DNA of 64,000 nucleotides from contig JAIPHP010000003.1 of the NCBI GenBank assembly GCA_021735165.1, forward strand, positions 1,419 to 65,418. Direction: 5' to 3'. Position 1 is the first letter of the stretch; each line of letters starts with the position of its first letter. Origin of the DNA: Candidatus Woesearchaeota archaeon. GTDB lineage: Archaea; Nanobdellota; Nanobdellia; Woesearchaeales; 21-14-0-10-32-9. Below are positions 28,846 to 38,957 of the stretch, in pieces. The position numbers and the translations under genes are program-made. Under the pieces are notes generated by a model. The model was not told the DNA's origin and ran no database searches. It worked only from the letters and a program-made list of their open reading frames with translations.

Positions 28846-31181
28846 ATTTGATAATTAAAGTAATTACGGATTTAGGATATTTAATTTCTCCTGAAAATAG
28901 TCTTCTACTTTATTTCACAATATTGGGTATTTTAGTTACTTTAATTTCTATTTCAAGCAGTTTAACTAAAGAAGTACGTCAAGATTTATTTTATAATTAT
29001 TATATTAAATCAAAATTTCTGATTAGTTATCTAATATTTTATTTGATTTCATTTATTATTACATTTAGTTTTTATGTGTTTGAATGGGAATATTTGGATG
29101 TGTTATTAGGAACTCTTTTCATCATATTATTTGCTTGGTCGGTCTTTGTAATCTTTTTGTTTGTTAAAAATCTCAGTAGAAACTGGTTTTATGGACAACT
29201 TATTAGAAAGTTTAAATCAGAATTAAAAAAGACCAAACGGTCAGAAACCAAATATCAAACTCACACTCGAACAGAATTCAAATCATTAGATGATTTTCTA
29301 AAGAACCTAACTTATATTGAAACTACAAGTAGTGATTTTATCGAAGAAATAGAATTTGTAAAAGAGGTTGGTAGAATTACTCTAAAATCCAGTAATAATT
29401 ATATCTTTGATGATTTTTTTAGGCAACTTAAAAAAATAGAGAATCCTAAATTCTTTAGAAAATTAAGAAATTCTCTTTATGATTTAATGTGGGACAATTT
29501 CAATGAGCTAAGGGTTGTTATAAATCTTCAAAATATATATTCATCTTTATCAATTCATAGTTTTGAGAAAGTAAAAGAATTTGATAAAAATATTAATTCT
29601 GATGGTCTTAGAATTAAATCATTTAATGATATAAGATATATTGATTTATATGAAAAATCAACAGACCTAGATTGGATTAAGAGTTATGAAAGTCTAATTG
29701 TTAATACTATCAACAACTTATTTTCTTTAAGCAAGCAAACTATTTATTTGGATCTTGCTATAAAATCAAAGAAAAGATATCTTCTAGAACAATTGGGATC
29801 GATGGTTAAAGTTTTAGAGCATTATAATCACATACATGGACAAGATTTCCTAGATAATTATTATAATTTAAAATATAAAAAAGACATATCTGGAGATGAA
29901 AAGAAAAATTTGGATTTAGCAGATAGAAAATTGAATGCAATATCAGAACTAAAATCATTTCTTTGGAATAAACTGTCTGAATTATTCTATTTAATTTTAT
30001 ATGAAATTAATAGAAATGAACTTTCAAAAGATTTTTTTGAAGTGGCATTAAAGATATTTAATATTAAAAGTTTTAAAGACCAATTTTACTCTTATGAGAG
30101 ATTTGATAAATTAGATTTTTTAAATTACGACTGGTTTGAAGGCGGGGCTCAAGCTATTGCATCATTTAATTTTAACAAGTATAAATCATTGCTTTCATTC
30201 TATCAATATAAACTCGATGAGACTCTAGATTTAAATCAATATGGTGATGAACATTTCTCCAAACATAATGTTAATGATCTTAAAAATGCATTAAATGATT
30301 TGTCTGCAGAATATATAAATAAATATTTTGAATATGATTCTAAGCAGTTAAATGATTTTAAAAAGAAAGCCATTAAGGAAATTGACAATAAAATTAAAAT
30401 TTTAAAGAAGAATAAGAAAAAATATATTGCTGAAACTCCTTTAGTGAAAAAGTATGTGAATAATTTTATTTCAGACTGTAAATCTAATTGGGATAAAAAT
30501 CAAGAGATTCTCAAAAAGATCTTTAATTATGTTGAATTAGACAATGGTTATAAAGTTAAAAATTTCTTTGGTCAATACAAATTATTTGATAAAGATTGGT
30601 TTTTAGAATCTTTTGACAAAACTGTCGCTTTAGATAGAAGTTCAGGTCAGCACTTTGGAAGAGATCAAGTTATCAGTAAACGAAAAAATATATTAACAAA
30701 AATAAATGAAACTTTTAATGCCAAAATTGATAAAGAAATTATTGTAAAAGATCTATATTCTGATTTGAAGAAAATAATAAAGAAAAATAAAGAATACGTG
30801 TTGTTTTATAATTCTGATATTGGTAGAGAAATATATAGGATTCCTGATATTCAATGGGATAGACAAGAATGGCTTACAGCTTCGTTTAAAATTAATGATT
30901 CTAAAATTTTCTTGTATGCAACAAATATCGAGGAAAGTTTATTGTTTGAAAAGGAAAGCTTCACATTAGAGCAATATAAAGAAGGCTATGAGAAAATAAA
31001 ACAACCTTTAGTAGTGCAAGTTGAAGAAATAAAGAATAAGGATGAAATTAAAAAAATCAAAGAATCAAATGATAGATTCAAAAATACTCAAGATGTTCAG
31101 CAAAACGTAAAAATAAGAATTGCGGAAAAGTTCGAGATTAAACGTAATAAAGGTTCAAAATTTATTAGACTAAAAAGATAA
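28842..31181 (+). CDS. hypothetical protein with about 3 N-terminal TM helices and a large soluble domain
   Basis: 779-aa ORF between hsdS and hsdR; very AT-rich. Confidence 0.75.
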   Translation: MNLIIKVITDLGYLISPENSLLLYFTILGILVTLISISSSLTKEVRQDLFYNYYIKSKFLISYLIFYLISFIITFSFYVFEWEYLDVLLGTLFIILFAWSVFVIFLFVKNLSRNWFYGQLIRKFKSELKKTKRSETKYQTHTRTEFKSLDDFLKNLTYIETTSSDFIEEIEFVKEVGRITLKSSNNYIFDDFFRQLKKIENPKFFRKLRNSLYDLMWDNFNELRVVINLQNIYSSLSIHSFEKVKEFDKNINSDGLRIKSFNDIRYIDLYEKSTDLDWIKSYESLIVNTINNLFSLSKQTIYLDLAIKSKKRYLLEQLGSMVKVLEHYNHIHGQDFLDNYYNLKYKKDISGDEKKNLDLADRKLNAISELKSFLWNKLSELFYLILYEINRNELSKDFFEVALKIFNIKSFKDQFYSYERFDKLDFLNYDWFEGGAQAIASFNFNKYKSLLSFYQYKLDETLDLNQYGDEHFSKHNVNDLKNALNDLSAEYINKYFEYDSKQLNDFKKKAIKEIDNKIKILKKNKKKYIAETPLVKKYVNNFISDCKSNWDKNQEILKKIFNYVELDNGYKVKNFFGQYKLFDKDWFLESFDKTVALDRSSGQHFGRDQVISKRKNILTKINETFNAKIDKEIIVKDLYSDLKKIIKKNKEYVLFYNSDIGREIYRIPDIQWDRQEWLTASFKINDSKIFLYATNIEESLLFEKESFTLEQYKEGYEKIKQPLVVQVEEIKNKDEIKKIKESNDRFKNTQDVQQNVKIRIAEKFEIKRNKGSKFIRLKR

Positions 31182-31200
31182 TATTTAAGGAGGCATCATA

Positions 31201-34200
31201 ATGGCAAAAACTAAAGAAAGTGATTTTGAGGAGGCAATCGTTGACTCTCTTGTAAACTCAGGAGGGTATGAAGAAGGAGATCCTAAGGATTTTGATTCAG
31301 AGACAGCAATATTCAAGAATGATTTATTCAATTTTTTACAAAAAACTCAACCTAATGAGTGGAAGAAATCTCTTGAGGTTCATGGTAATGATGTTGAAGA
31401 GAAAGTTCTATTTAGATTAACGCAAGAATTACAGTCTAGAGATATTTTAGATGTACTCCGAAATGGGTTTACCGATTATGGAGTAAAATACAAATTAGCT
31501 TTTTTTAAGCCTGAGACTAAATTAAATCTTGATGATGCTAAAAGATATAAGAATAATCTCTTAAAAGTTACACGACAAGTTCATCACTCTCCTAATAATC
31601 CTGATCTTTCCTTAGATTTAGTTTTATCTATTAATGGTATTCCTGTTGCTACAGCTGAACTTAAAAATCAGTTCACAGGTCAGAATGTATCTAATGCTGA
31701 AAGGCAATATATTGAAGATAGAGATCCTAATGAATTAATTTTTCAATTTAAGAGAAGAACCTTAGTTCATTTTGCTATTGATACTGATGAAGTGTTTATG
31801 ACAACTAAACTTGAAGGTAAGAGAACTAGATATTTGCCTTTTAATCAAGGAGATAATAATGGTGCAGGTAATCCCTTAAATCCTGATGGATACAAAACTG
31901 CTTATCTTTGGGAGTATGTTTGGTCTAAAGATAGTTGGATGGATATATTACAGAAATTTGTTCATTTACAAACTGAAACCTACAAGATAGAAGGTAAAAC
32001 TATAAAAAAAGAAAAGATGATTTTTCCTAGATACCATCAATTAGATTCTGTAAGAAAACTAACTCAAGATGTAAAGTCAAAAGGTGCAGGTATTAATTAT
32101 TTAATTCAACATTCTGCAGGAAGTGGTAAATCTAATTCTATTGCCTGGTTAGCTTATAGGTTAGCAAGTCTTCATAATAAAGAAGATAAGGCTGTATTCA
32201 ATAGTGTTATTGTTGTTACTGATAGAACTGTTCTTGATAAACAATTACAAGATACAATTTATCAGTTTGAACATAAACAAGGAGTTGTTCAAAAGATTGA
32301 TAAGAATTCAACTCAATTAGCTGAATCGCTTACAAAAGGTATTCCAATTATCATTACAACATTGCAAAAGTTTCCATTTGTTCTTGATAAAATTGGTAAA
32401 TTACCTAAGAGAAAATATGCTGTTATTGTAGATGAAGCTCATTCTTCTCAAGGTGGAGAATCTTCTAAAAAGATGAAAGAAGTTCTTTCTATAAAAGACT
32501 CTGAAAAAGCATTGAATACTTTAACTGAAGAAGCTGAAGATCTTGCAGAAGATGAAATCAGGAAATCTATGGAAGCGAGAGGAAAGCAAGATAATCTAAG
32601 TTTCTTTGCATTTACTGCCACTCCTAAAAATAAAACATTAGAAGTATTTGGTCATAAGAAAAATAAGAAACCATATCCTTTCCATCTTTACTCTATGCGA
32701 CAAGCAATTGAAGAGGGATTTATTATTGATATATTAAAGAATTTTACAACATACAAAACTTATTTCAAATTATCTAAAGAAATTGAAGATGATCCTAAGA
32801 TAAATAAAAAGAAAGCTGCACGAGCAATAGCAAGGTTCTTAACTTTACACCCTCATAATTTATCACAAAAAACCGAAGTTATGGTGGAACATTTTAGACA
32901 AGTTGTAATGCATAAAATTGGAGGTAAAGCAAAAGCAATGGTTGTAACAGCCTCTAGACTTCATGCAGTAAGATACTATCAAGAGTTCAATAAATATATC
33001 AAAGAAAAAGGATATAGCAATATTAAAACACTTGTCGCATTTTCAGGGATTGTTAAAGATGAATTCGGTAACGAGTTTAAAGAAACTATTATGAATGGTT
33101 TTAAAGAAAAAGAATTGCCTGATAAGTTTAATACTAGTGAATATCAAATTCTTTTAGTTGCAGAAAAATATCAGACTGGATTTGATCAACCATTACTCCA
33201 TACTATGTATGTTGATAAAAAATTATCTGGTGTGAAAGCTGTTCAAACATTATCTAGATTAAATAGAGTTTGTTCAGGAAAAGAAGATACTTTCATCCTC
33301 GATTTTGCAAATACAGAAGAGGAAATTATTGAATCATTCCAACCTTACTATGAAATTACAACTATTGATGAACCAACAAATCCTAATAGGTTATATGATC
33401 TTAAGACAAAACTAGATCAAACAAGAGTTTATACAAATTCAGAAATAGATAGTTTTGCTAAGTTCTTCTTTAAACCAAAAGAGCGATATACTGTAAGAGA
33501 TAATGCTCAATTAAATAGATTTATTGATCCTGCAGTTGATAGATATAAAGGAATTAGCGGTGAAGATGATAAAGAAGATTTCAAACACACACTTACTGTG
33601 TTTATTAGAACTTATGCCTTCTTGGCTCAGATAATGCCTTTTAATGATGCTGAACTTGAAAAACTATTTGCATACGGTAAACTTCTTTTGAACAAACTTC
33701 CAAAAAGACAACTAGGAGAACAATTCAAACTAAATGATGAAGTTGCCTTGGAATATTATAGACTACAAAAAATCAAAGAAAGTCATATTAAACTTGAAAA
33801 AGGAAAAGTTGGAGAGTTAAACTCTGCAAAAGAAGCAGGAATAAGAAAAGACAAAGAAGAGAAAGCCAAACTATCCGAATTAATCGAAGTATTAAACGAT
33901 AGGTTTGGAACTGACTTTACTGAAGCAGATAAATTGTTCTTTGATCAAATTGAAGCTGAGCTAGTTGAAGATCAAAAGCTAAAAAGTAGTGCCGAAGTAA
34001 ATAATATTGAAAACTTCAAGTTTGGATTTGATGACCAATTCATGAATAAGTTAATTGATAGGATGGAACAAAATGAAGACATCTTTAGAAAAATAAATGA
34101 TGATAAAGTATTTGCTTCTGTAGTTAAAGACTATATGCTAAAGAAAGTTTACAATAGACTAAAAGAAGAAGAGAAAACTCTTTCAAAGTATCTAACTCAA

Positions 34201-34266
34201 GACGGTTCTGCTATGGCTGTTGCTGATAAAAAAGAAAAGTACGGTAAGAAGAAGGTGAAGAAATAA
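31201..34266 (+). CDS. hsdR: type I R-M restriction subunit
   Basis: D...NGIPVATAELKN nuclease motif, HSAGSGKS, DEAH, FTATP, TGFDQP, QTLSRLNR. Confidence 0.96.
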   Translation: MAKTKESDFEEAIVDSLVNSGGYEEGDPKDFDSETAIFKNDLFNFLQKTQPNEWKKSLEVHGNDVEEKVLFRLTQELQSRDILDVLRNGFTDYGVKYKLAFFKPETKLNLDDAKRYKNNLLKVTRQVHHSPNNPDLSLDLVLSINGIPVATAELKNQFTGQNVSNAERQYIEDRDPNELIFQFKRRTLVHFAIDTDEVFMTTKLEGKRTRYLPFNQGDNNGAGNPLNPDGYKTAYLWEYVWSKDSWMDILQKFVHLQTETYKIEGKTIKKEKMIFPRYHQLDSVRKLTQDVKSKGAGINYLIQHSAGSGKSNSIAWLAYRLASLHNKEDKAVFNSVIVVTDRTVLDKQLQDTIYQFEHKQGVVQKIDKNSTQLAESLTKGIPIIITTLQKFPFVLDKIGKLPKRKYAVIVDEAHSSQGGESSKKMKEVLSIKDSEKALNTLTEEAEDLAEDEIRKSMEARGKQDNLSFFAFTATPKNKTLEVFGHKKNKKPYPFHLYSMRQAIEEGFIIDILKNFTTYKTYFKLSKEIEDDPKINKKKAARAIARFLTLHPHNLSQKTEVMVEHFRQVVMHKIGGKAKAMVVTASRLHAVRYYQEFNKYIKEKGYSNIKTLVAFSGIVKDEFGNEFKETIMNGFKEKELPDKFNTSEYQILLVAEKYQTGFDQPLLHTMYVDKKLSGVKAVQTLSRLNRVCSGKEDTFILDFANTEEEIIESFQPYYEITTIDEPTNPNRLYDLKTKLDQTRVYTNSEIDSFAKFFFKPKERYTVRDNAQLNRFIDPAVDRYKGISGEDDKEDFKHTLTVFIRTYAFLAQIMPFNDAELEKLFAYGKLLLNKLPKRQLGEQFKLNDEVALEYYRLQKIKESHIKLEKGKVGELNSAKEAGIRKDKEEKAKLSELIEVLNDRFGTDFTEADKLFFDQIEAELVEDQKLKSSAEVNNIENFKFGFDDQFMNKLIDRMEQNEDIFRKINDDKVFASVVKDYMLKKVYNRLKEEEKTLSKYLTQDGSAMAVADKKEKYGKKKVKK

Positions 34267-34267
34267 G

Positions 34268-34648
34268 ATGGCTTTTGCATTATCATTAAAACAACCATGG
34301 GCTGAATTGATTTTACAAGGTAAGAAAACAATTGAGACTAGGAGATGGAATACTGAGTTTCGAGGAGAGTTCTATATTCATGCTTCCAAAACCATTGATA
34401 AAGAAGCTTGTGAAGAGTTAGGGATTGATCCTTCTTCTTTGGTTACTGGTGTTATTGTTGGGAAGGCAACAATAGTTGATGTTAAGGAGTATTATTCTGA
34501 AGACCAATTTATGAAAGATAATTCTAAACACCGAGCAGGATTTTATGGGTTTGGACATCCTCTTTTTGGATTCATATTGGAAGATGTAGAGCGAATCGAA
34601 CCAATTCCTCAGAAAGGTGCTCTGAAGTTTTTTGAGGTGAATGTATAA
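34268..34648 (+). CDS. ASCH domain protein
   Basis: ALSLKQPWAELILQGKKTIETR (GxKxxExR), YIHAS, KGALKFF. Confidence 0.92.
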   Translation: MAFALSLKQPWAELILQGKKTIETRRWNTEFRGEFYIHASKTIDKEACEELGIDPSSLVTGVIVGKATIVDVKEYYSEDQFMKDNSKHRAGFYGFGHPLFGFILEDVERIEPIPQKGALKFFEVNV

Positions 34649-36912
34649 TGGGATCACGTACTGGCTCTACATTTAAGTCATTGGCTGGACGAAAGAGAGG
34701 CAGTAAATTAAAGAGTATTGGTGCTTCTATCTCTGCAGGCATGCAAGCAGGAGAAACAGCTATTGTTTCATCTGGAGGTGCTGTTAGTGCAGGATCTGGA
34801 GCAATTGTTAGTGGAGGGGGTAGTGGTGCAGGAGTTGCTTTTGTAGCACCAATTGCAGGAGCAGCTGCTTTAGTTGCAAGTAGTAAGCCTTCTATGGATG
34901 TAGTGTATCATACTACCAAGTTAGCTGATTCTGTTTTAAAAAATCTGAATGACCTAACTAACAAATATCAAACTGCAAGTCAGAATCAGCCTGTTTATTC
35001 TTATTTTGCTAAAAGTCCAGTTGAGTTTCCAGTTAATATGGTTCAGAGCATGGTTGTTGATGAAGTTTCTGATCTTGCATGGGCTAATGTAAAGAGTGAA
35101 CTTGGATTAAAGACAACTGCACACCAGGATAGAATTGCGAAATTTATCATTTCACAATTAATTGGTCTTACATTGAACATGATTAAACAGAAAATAAAAG
35201 GAGAGAAAATAGACAAGCACTTTTTCTATAAAGAAGTTATGGGTGCAGCTATTGAATATTGCCTTGATGGGTTTATGCAATCAAATGCAGAAAATGAAGT
35301 CTTATCATCAAACCCTTCTGTTGCTTATTGCCAAATGGAGACTGGCTCACAAAAAGTTTTTCAAACAGCTACAAAAGAGATTGCCAAAGAACTGGCAGAA
35401 TTAATCTATGATGATATCTCTTCTCAAAACGAGTTTCCAGAACAAAAGCAATTCAATAGGATACTAAAGAAAAGAGTCACTGAAAAACTAAAGGTAGAAG
35501 TGGAAGCCACAGAATATGAAGGGGATTCTGATTTCAAAAAGCAACGTCTTCTCGCCTCTGATCAAAAAAAAGTCCCAGATAAATTAGATAAGAAAGATGT
35601 TGTGATCTCTACTCAAACCACTGTCAATAAAAGAAAGATTGATGATTCTTTGAGAATACGATTTACCGCACCAGAGAATGATTATGTAAGGGGAAGGATA
35701 ACTCCTGCACATAGGGATTTGCTTTCTATAACATCTACTATTTCAAAAATAGAGTATCTAATGAGAAGTGGTGATGTCACGAATATTTTACCTACTGACA
35801 CAATCATTTACTCCAACACAGACATTTCTAAGAAAACCAGAAGCCTTGTTAATACACTTGCTTCTTTTTTGCTAACCTTTAACCCAAATATATCTATAAA
35901 GAAAAATAGTGCCTCTTCGGAAAAAAAAGAACAAAAGGAAAATACAGAAAAATCTGATGTTATTGTTCTATTCTCTGGAGGATTAGATAGTTTAGCAGGA
36001 TTAGAATATGCAAAGAAAAAATACAAAAACCCTAAGTTTGTATATGTGAATAATCAAGTCAATAGAACAAGTGCTGTTGTAAGATATCTTCAACATAAAC
36101 TCCATTTAGGAGATGACCTTATTATTTTCCAAAGTCAGAAAGGAGGACAATTTCTACAACAGACAAGAGGATTTTTATTTCTCTCTGCCGCGGCTGTCAC
36201 CGCAGATGTGTTTGGAGCTAAAGAAATAATTGTTGCAGAATGCGGGGTAACAAAATATCAACCCAGTACAACCATTTCTGATGAGATTACAAAAACAACC
36301 CACCGATTAATGATTGAATTGGCAGAACATATTTTCTCTGAGTTCAATATAAATGTAAAAATCAAGTTCCCATTTGATATGAAAACTAAAGCTGAGATCA
36401 TAGCAGGATATCCAGACAAAAAGCTTCTTATTGATTCTCATTCGTGTAGATCATCAAGATTTTCAGATAAAGATAAGGATGAATGTGGATATTGTTTTGC
36501 TTGTCTACTAAAAAATATAAGTTTATCTTATGTGTTGGGCAAAAAACAAGACCAGTTTTTAATTGATCCAATTACAAATTCACAATCCTTTACAACTCAG
36601 AATTTAGGAAGAACCAGATCGTTAAAGAATAAGTGCTATGAATCAATTTTCTCACTTATTAATTTCTCCAAATCAATGCTTGCAGGCAATCTTCCAGAGC
36701 CAATACAAAAGTACATGCAGGACTATGGAACAACTAAATTATTCAAGAATCATGCAGAAGATATGATTTATGGGCTTATGTTCATGAAGAATAAAGGATG
36801 GGTAAAAAATGAGAAAGTTCTCGAATTGCTTAACAAAATTGAGAAGGAATCTTGGTTTGATAAAAAACAAATACTTGAACGAAGAAAAGAATTACTAAAT
36901 GTTAAGACTTAG
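34648..36912 (+). CDS. QueC/QatC-like PP-loop protein with ~300-aa Gly-rich/helical N-terminal extension
   Basis: LFSGGLDS, QTRGFLFL, TKTTH, PF..KTKAE, SC...CGYCFAC Zn site. Confidence 0.85.
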   Translation: MGSRTGSTFKSLAGRKRGSKLKSIGASISAGMQAGETAIVSSGGAVSAGSGAIVSGGGSGAGVAFVAPIAGAAALVASSKPSMDVVYHTTKLADSVLKNLNDLTNKYQTASQNQPVYSYFAKSPVEFPVNMVQSMVVDEVSDLAWANVKSELGLKTTAHQDRIAKFIISQLIGLTLNMIKQKIKGEKIDKHFFYKEVMGAAIEYCLDGFMQSNAENEVLSSNPSVAYCQMETGSQKVFQTATKEIAKELAELIYDDISSQNEFPEQKQFNRILKKRVTEKLKVEVEATEYEGDSDFKKQRLLASDQKKVPDKLDKKDVVISTQTTVNKRKIDDSLRIRFTAPENDYVRGRITPAHRDLLSITSTISKIEYLMRSGDVTNILPTDTIIYSNTDISKKTRSLVNTLASFLLTFNPNISIKKNSASSEKKEQKENTEKSDVIVLFSGGLDSLAGLEYAKKKYKNPKFVYVNNQVNRTSAVVRYLQHKLHLGDDLIIFQSQKGGQFLQQTRGFLFLSAAAVTADVFGAKEIIVAECGVTKYQPSTTISDEITKTTHRLMIELAEHIFSEFNINVKIKFPFDMKTKAEIIAGYPDKKLLIDSHSCRSSRFSDKDKDECGYCFACLLKNISLSYVLGKKQDQFLIDPITNSQSFTTQNLGRTRSLKNKCYESIFSLINFSKSMLAGNLPEPIQKYMQDYGTTKLFKNHAEDMIYGLMFMKNKGWVKNEKVLELLNKIEKESWFDKKQILERRKELLNVKT

Positions 36913-37570
36913 TTTGCTCATTAAAACTATAATATCCTTCATTACCAATAATTACATGATCCAACACTTTAATAGATAATAATTCTCCTGACTTAAACAA
37001 TATGTCTGTAATTTTAATATCTTCTTCTGAAGGTTCTGCTTCTCCTGATGGGTGATTGTGAACAAGAATAACAGAATTTGCACTTTCTTTTATTGCAGAT
37101 TTGAAGACTTCACGAGGATGAATCAAAGAACTATTCAAAGTACCTACAGAAATAATTTCATCCTTGATAACTCTGTTTCTTGTATCTAGATGTAAGATCA
37201 TGAAGTGTTCTTTATCCGCTCCATTAAGTTTTGGGTGTGCATAATCAAATACATCTTTTGCTGATTTTATTGGTTTTCCATTTTGTTTAGATAAACTGTG
37301 TCTTTTATTGAATTCAAATAGTGCAATTATTTGAGAAGCTTTAGCTTTTCCTATGCCTTTAATCTCTTGTAATTCTTTTAATGAACAAGAAGACAATTTA
37401 TTAACTCCATATTTAGAAATAAGTCTATTGGACATATCAATTACGTTTTCTTCTTTTGTTCCTTTTTGTAGAATCACAGCTAATAGTTCTGAGTCTGAAA
37501 GTACAGAAACTCCTTGTTTTTCCATTCTTTCTCTAGGTCTATTCTCTAAAGAGATGTCTTTAATACGCAT
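36902..37570 (-). CDS. radC: RadC/UPF0758 (HhH + JAB domain)
   Basis: RPRER, LSDSELLAVIL, GIGKAKA, HPREVFK, HNHPSG...PSEED, LDHVII. Confidence 0.95.
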   Translation of the reverse strand: MRIKDISLENRPRERMEKQGVSVLSDSELLAVILQKGTKEENVIDMSNRLISKYGVNKLSSCSLKELQEIKGIGKAKASQIIALFEFNKRHSLSKQNGKPIKSAKDVFDYAHPKLNGADKEHFMILHLDTRNRVIKDEIISVGTLNSSLIHPREVFKSAIKESANSVILVHNHPSGEAEPSEEDIKITDILFKSGELLSIKVLDHVIIGNEGYYSFNEQTKS

Positions 37571-37628
37571 TAATACATGATATCTTATGGTGTTTGATAA
37601 AGGTTTCTAAGAATTATCCGAAAGATTT

Positions 37629-37814
37629 TCACTTTTTCTGAACAATTATTTCATGTATTTCTCTAATTCTTTTTTCATTTATCATCTCATCACTTAGCAA
37701 TAAATCTCTAATAAATTGAGAAAGAGAAATGTATCCTTTGCATTCTTTTCTTAATTGTATTAATTCGTATTGTTTTGTAGTTACTCTAAAGTTGATGAAT
37801 CTAGTTCTTTTCAT
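37629..37814 (-). CDS. ribbon-helix-helix (CopG/MobC-like) protein
   Basis: RTRFINFRVT..QYE....GYISLSQFIRDLL. Confidence 0.75.
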   Translation of the reverse strand: MKRTRFINFRVTTKQYELIQLRKECKGYISLSQFIRDLLLSDEMINEKRIREIHEIIVQKK

Positions 37815-38620
37815 TTATCTTCTCTCACTCTTAAGATTTTTGGAAATCTCAACTTATAGCTGTCTTCTTTTTTATACATCATGTCATACCCAACCTCGAC
37901 TGTTTGTCCATTCTCTATATATAGTTTTGAGCTTGCTGTTCCTATCTGTTTTTCTCCTTCATTTAATGTGTATATCCATCCAAGATTATCTTTTCTTTCT
38001 CTTCTACTAATTACTTGCAAGTCTACTGTTCTAAGTGGTTTTTTCTTTAGCCAATTATATCGAGAGCCTGGATGATAAGGACTGCAGTTCTTTACTACTA
38101 TTCCTTCCATTCCTTTTTTTATCATCTTTGTATAAAACTCTTGTATGTCAACGATAGTATTGGTGCAAAAGAATGGAACGTGAGAAAGATGTTTATTTTC
38201 CTCAATCATCAAACCTAGATGTTGTTTTCGGGATAATAATGGATCTTTATAGAGGAAATGTTCTCCTATCTGTAAAACATCAAAAACAAAATATACAAAC
38301 TTTTGTCCAGGAGGAAGTTTCTTTAGCAGTACCGAATTTGAACTTAATATTTTTCCATTATCGACTACTGCTATTTCTCCATCCAGTATCATATTGATTC
38401 CATGAATTCCTTTTATTACTTCTTCTCCAAGATTTCCAAATCTTTTAGTCCAGTCTGCTCCACTTCTTGTAAAGAACTTGATATCATCTCCTTGTTTCAA
38501 ACATAGAATACGAACTCCATCTATCTTTGGCTCTACAAATACTCCCTCGTTATTGTAGAGAAAGATTCCTAAATCGCCTTCTCCTACTAATTGTGGCTTA
38601 AATTTCGTCAGATCTATCAT
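37811..38620 (-). CDS. minimal ATP-dependent DNA ligase
   Basis: Motif I EPKIDG, III LDGEI, IIIa FVFDVL, IV EGIVVK, V WLKKK, VI LRFP...REDK; only 269 aa. Confidence 0.92.
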   Translation of the reverse strand: MIDLTKFKPQLVGEGDLGIFLYNNEGVFVEPKIDGVRILCLKQGDDIKFFTRSGADWTKRFGNLGEEVIKGIHGINMILDGEIAVVDNGKILSSNSVLLKKLPPGQKFVYFVFDVLQIGEHFLYKDPLLSRKQHLGLMIEENKHLSHVPFFCTNTIVDIQEFYTKMIKKGMEGIVVKNCSPYHPGSRYNWLKKKPLRTVDLQVISRRERKDNLGWIYTLNEGEKQIGTASSKLYIENGQTVEVGYDMMYKKEDSYKLRFPKILRVREDK

Positions 38621-38957
38621 TATTCGTTACCTCCTTAACCTCTTTATCAAGTAGCTTCAAAACCCACTTTCCACTACCTTGTGACGAGTGTGAACTCTTG
38701 AAATAAACTGCGAGTAAAGAACCAACATTAAACTCGCTGGCTTTCTCAATTATTCCATGCAGTCCTCTCATCTTGAACTTCTCTTCAGCTGTACTTTTTA
38801 CTTCCACAAGGAAAGTCTTTGTTTTACTAAACAAAACAACATCACAGACAGAATATTTTCTTCTGCCTGATGCAGCTACTCTTTCTGTATGGAAACCTTG
38901 TTCCTTCATGAGATTACAAAAATCTCTTTCATATTGCAGATGGCTTTTTAGTCTCAT
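38598..38957 (-). CDS. hjc: archaeal-type Holliday junction resolvase
   Basis: YERDFCNLM..QGF...RVAASG, DVV, LVEVKST. Confidence 0.88.
   Translation of the reverse strand: MRLKSHLQYERDFCNLMKEQGFHTERVAASGRRKYSVCDVVLFSKTKTFLVEVKSTAEEKFKMRGLHGIIEKASEFNVGSLLAVYFKSSHSSQGSGKWVLKLLDKEVKEVTNNDRSDEI

Noticed and set aside
34648-36912. Housekeeping queC or a Dpd DNA-modification system
   Set aside because: Motifs fit the QatC branch, there is a long extra N-terminus, and no queD, queE, folE or dpdA is nearby.
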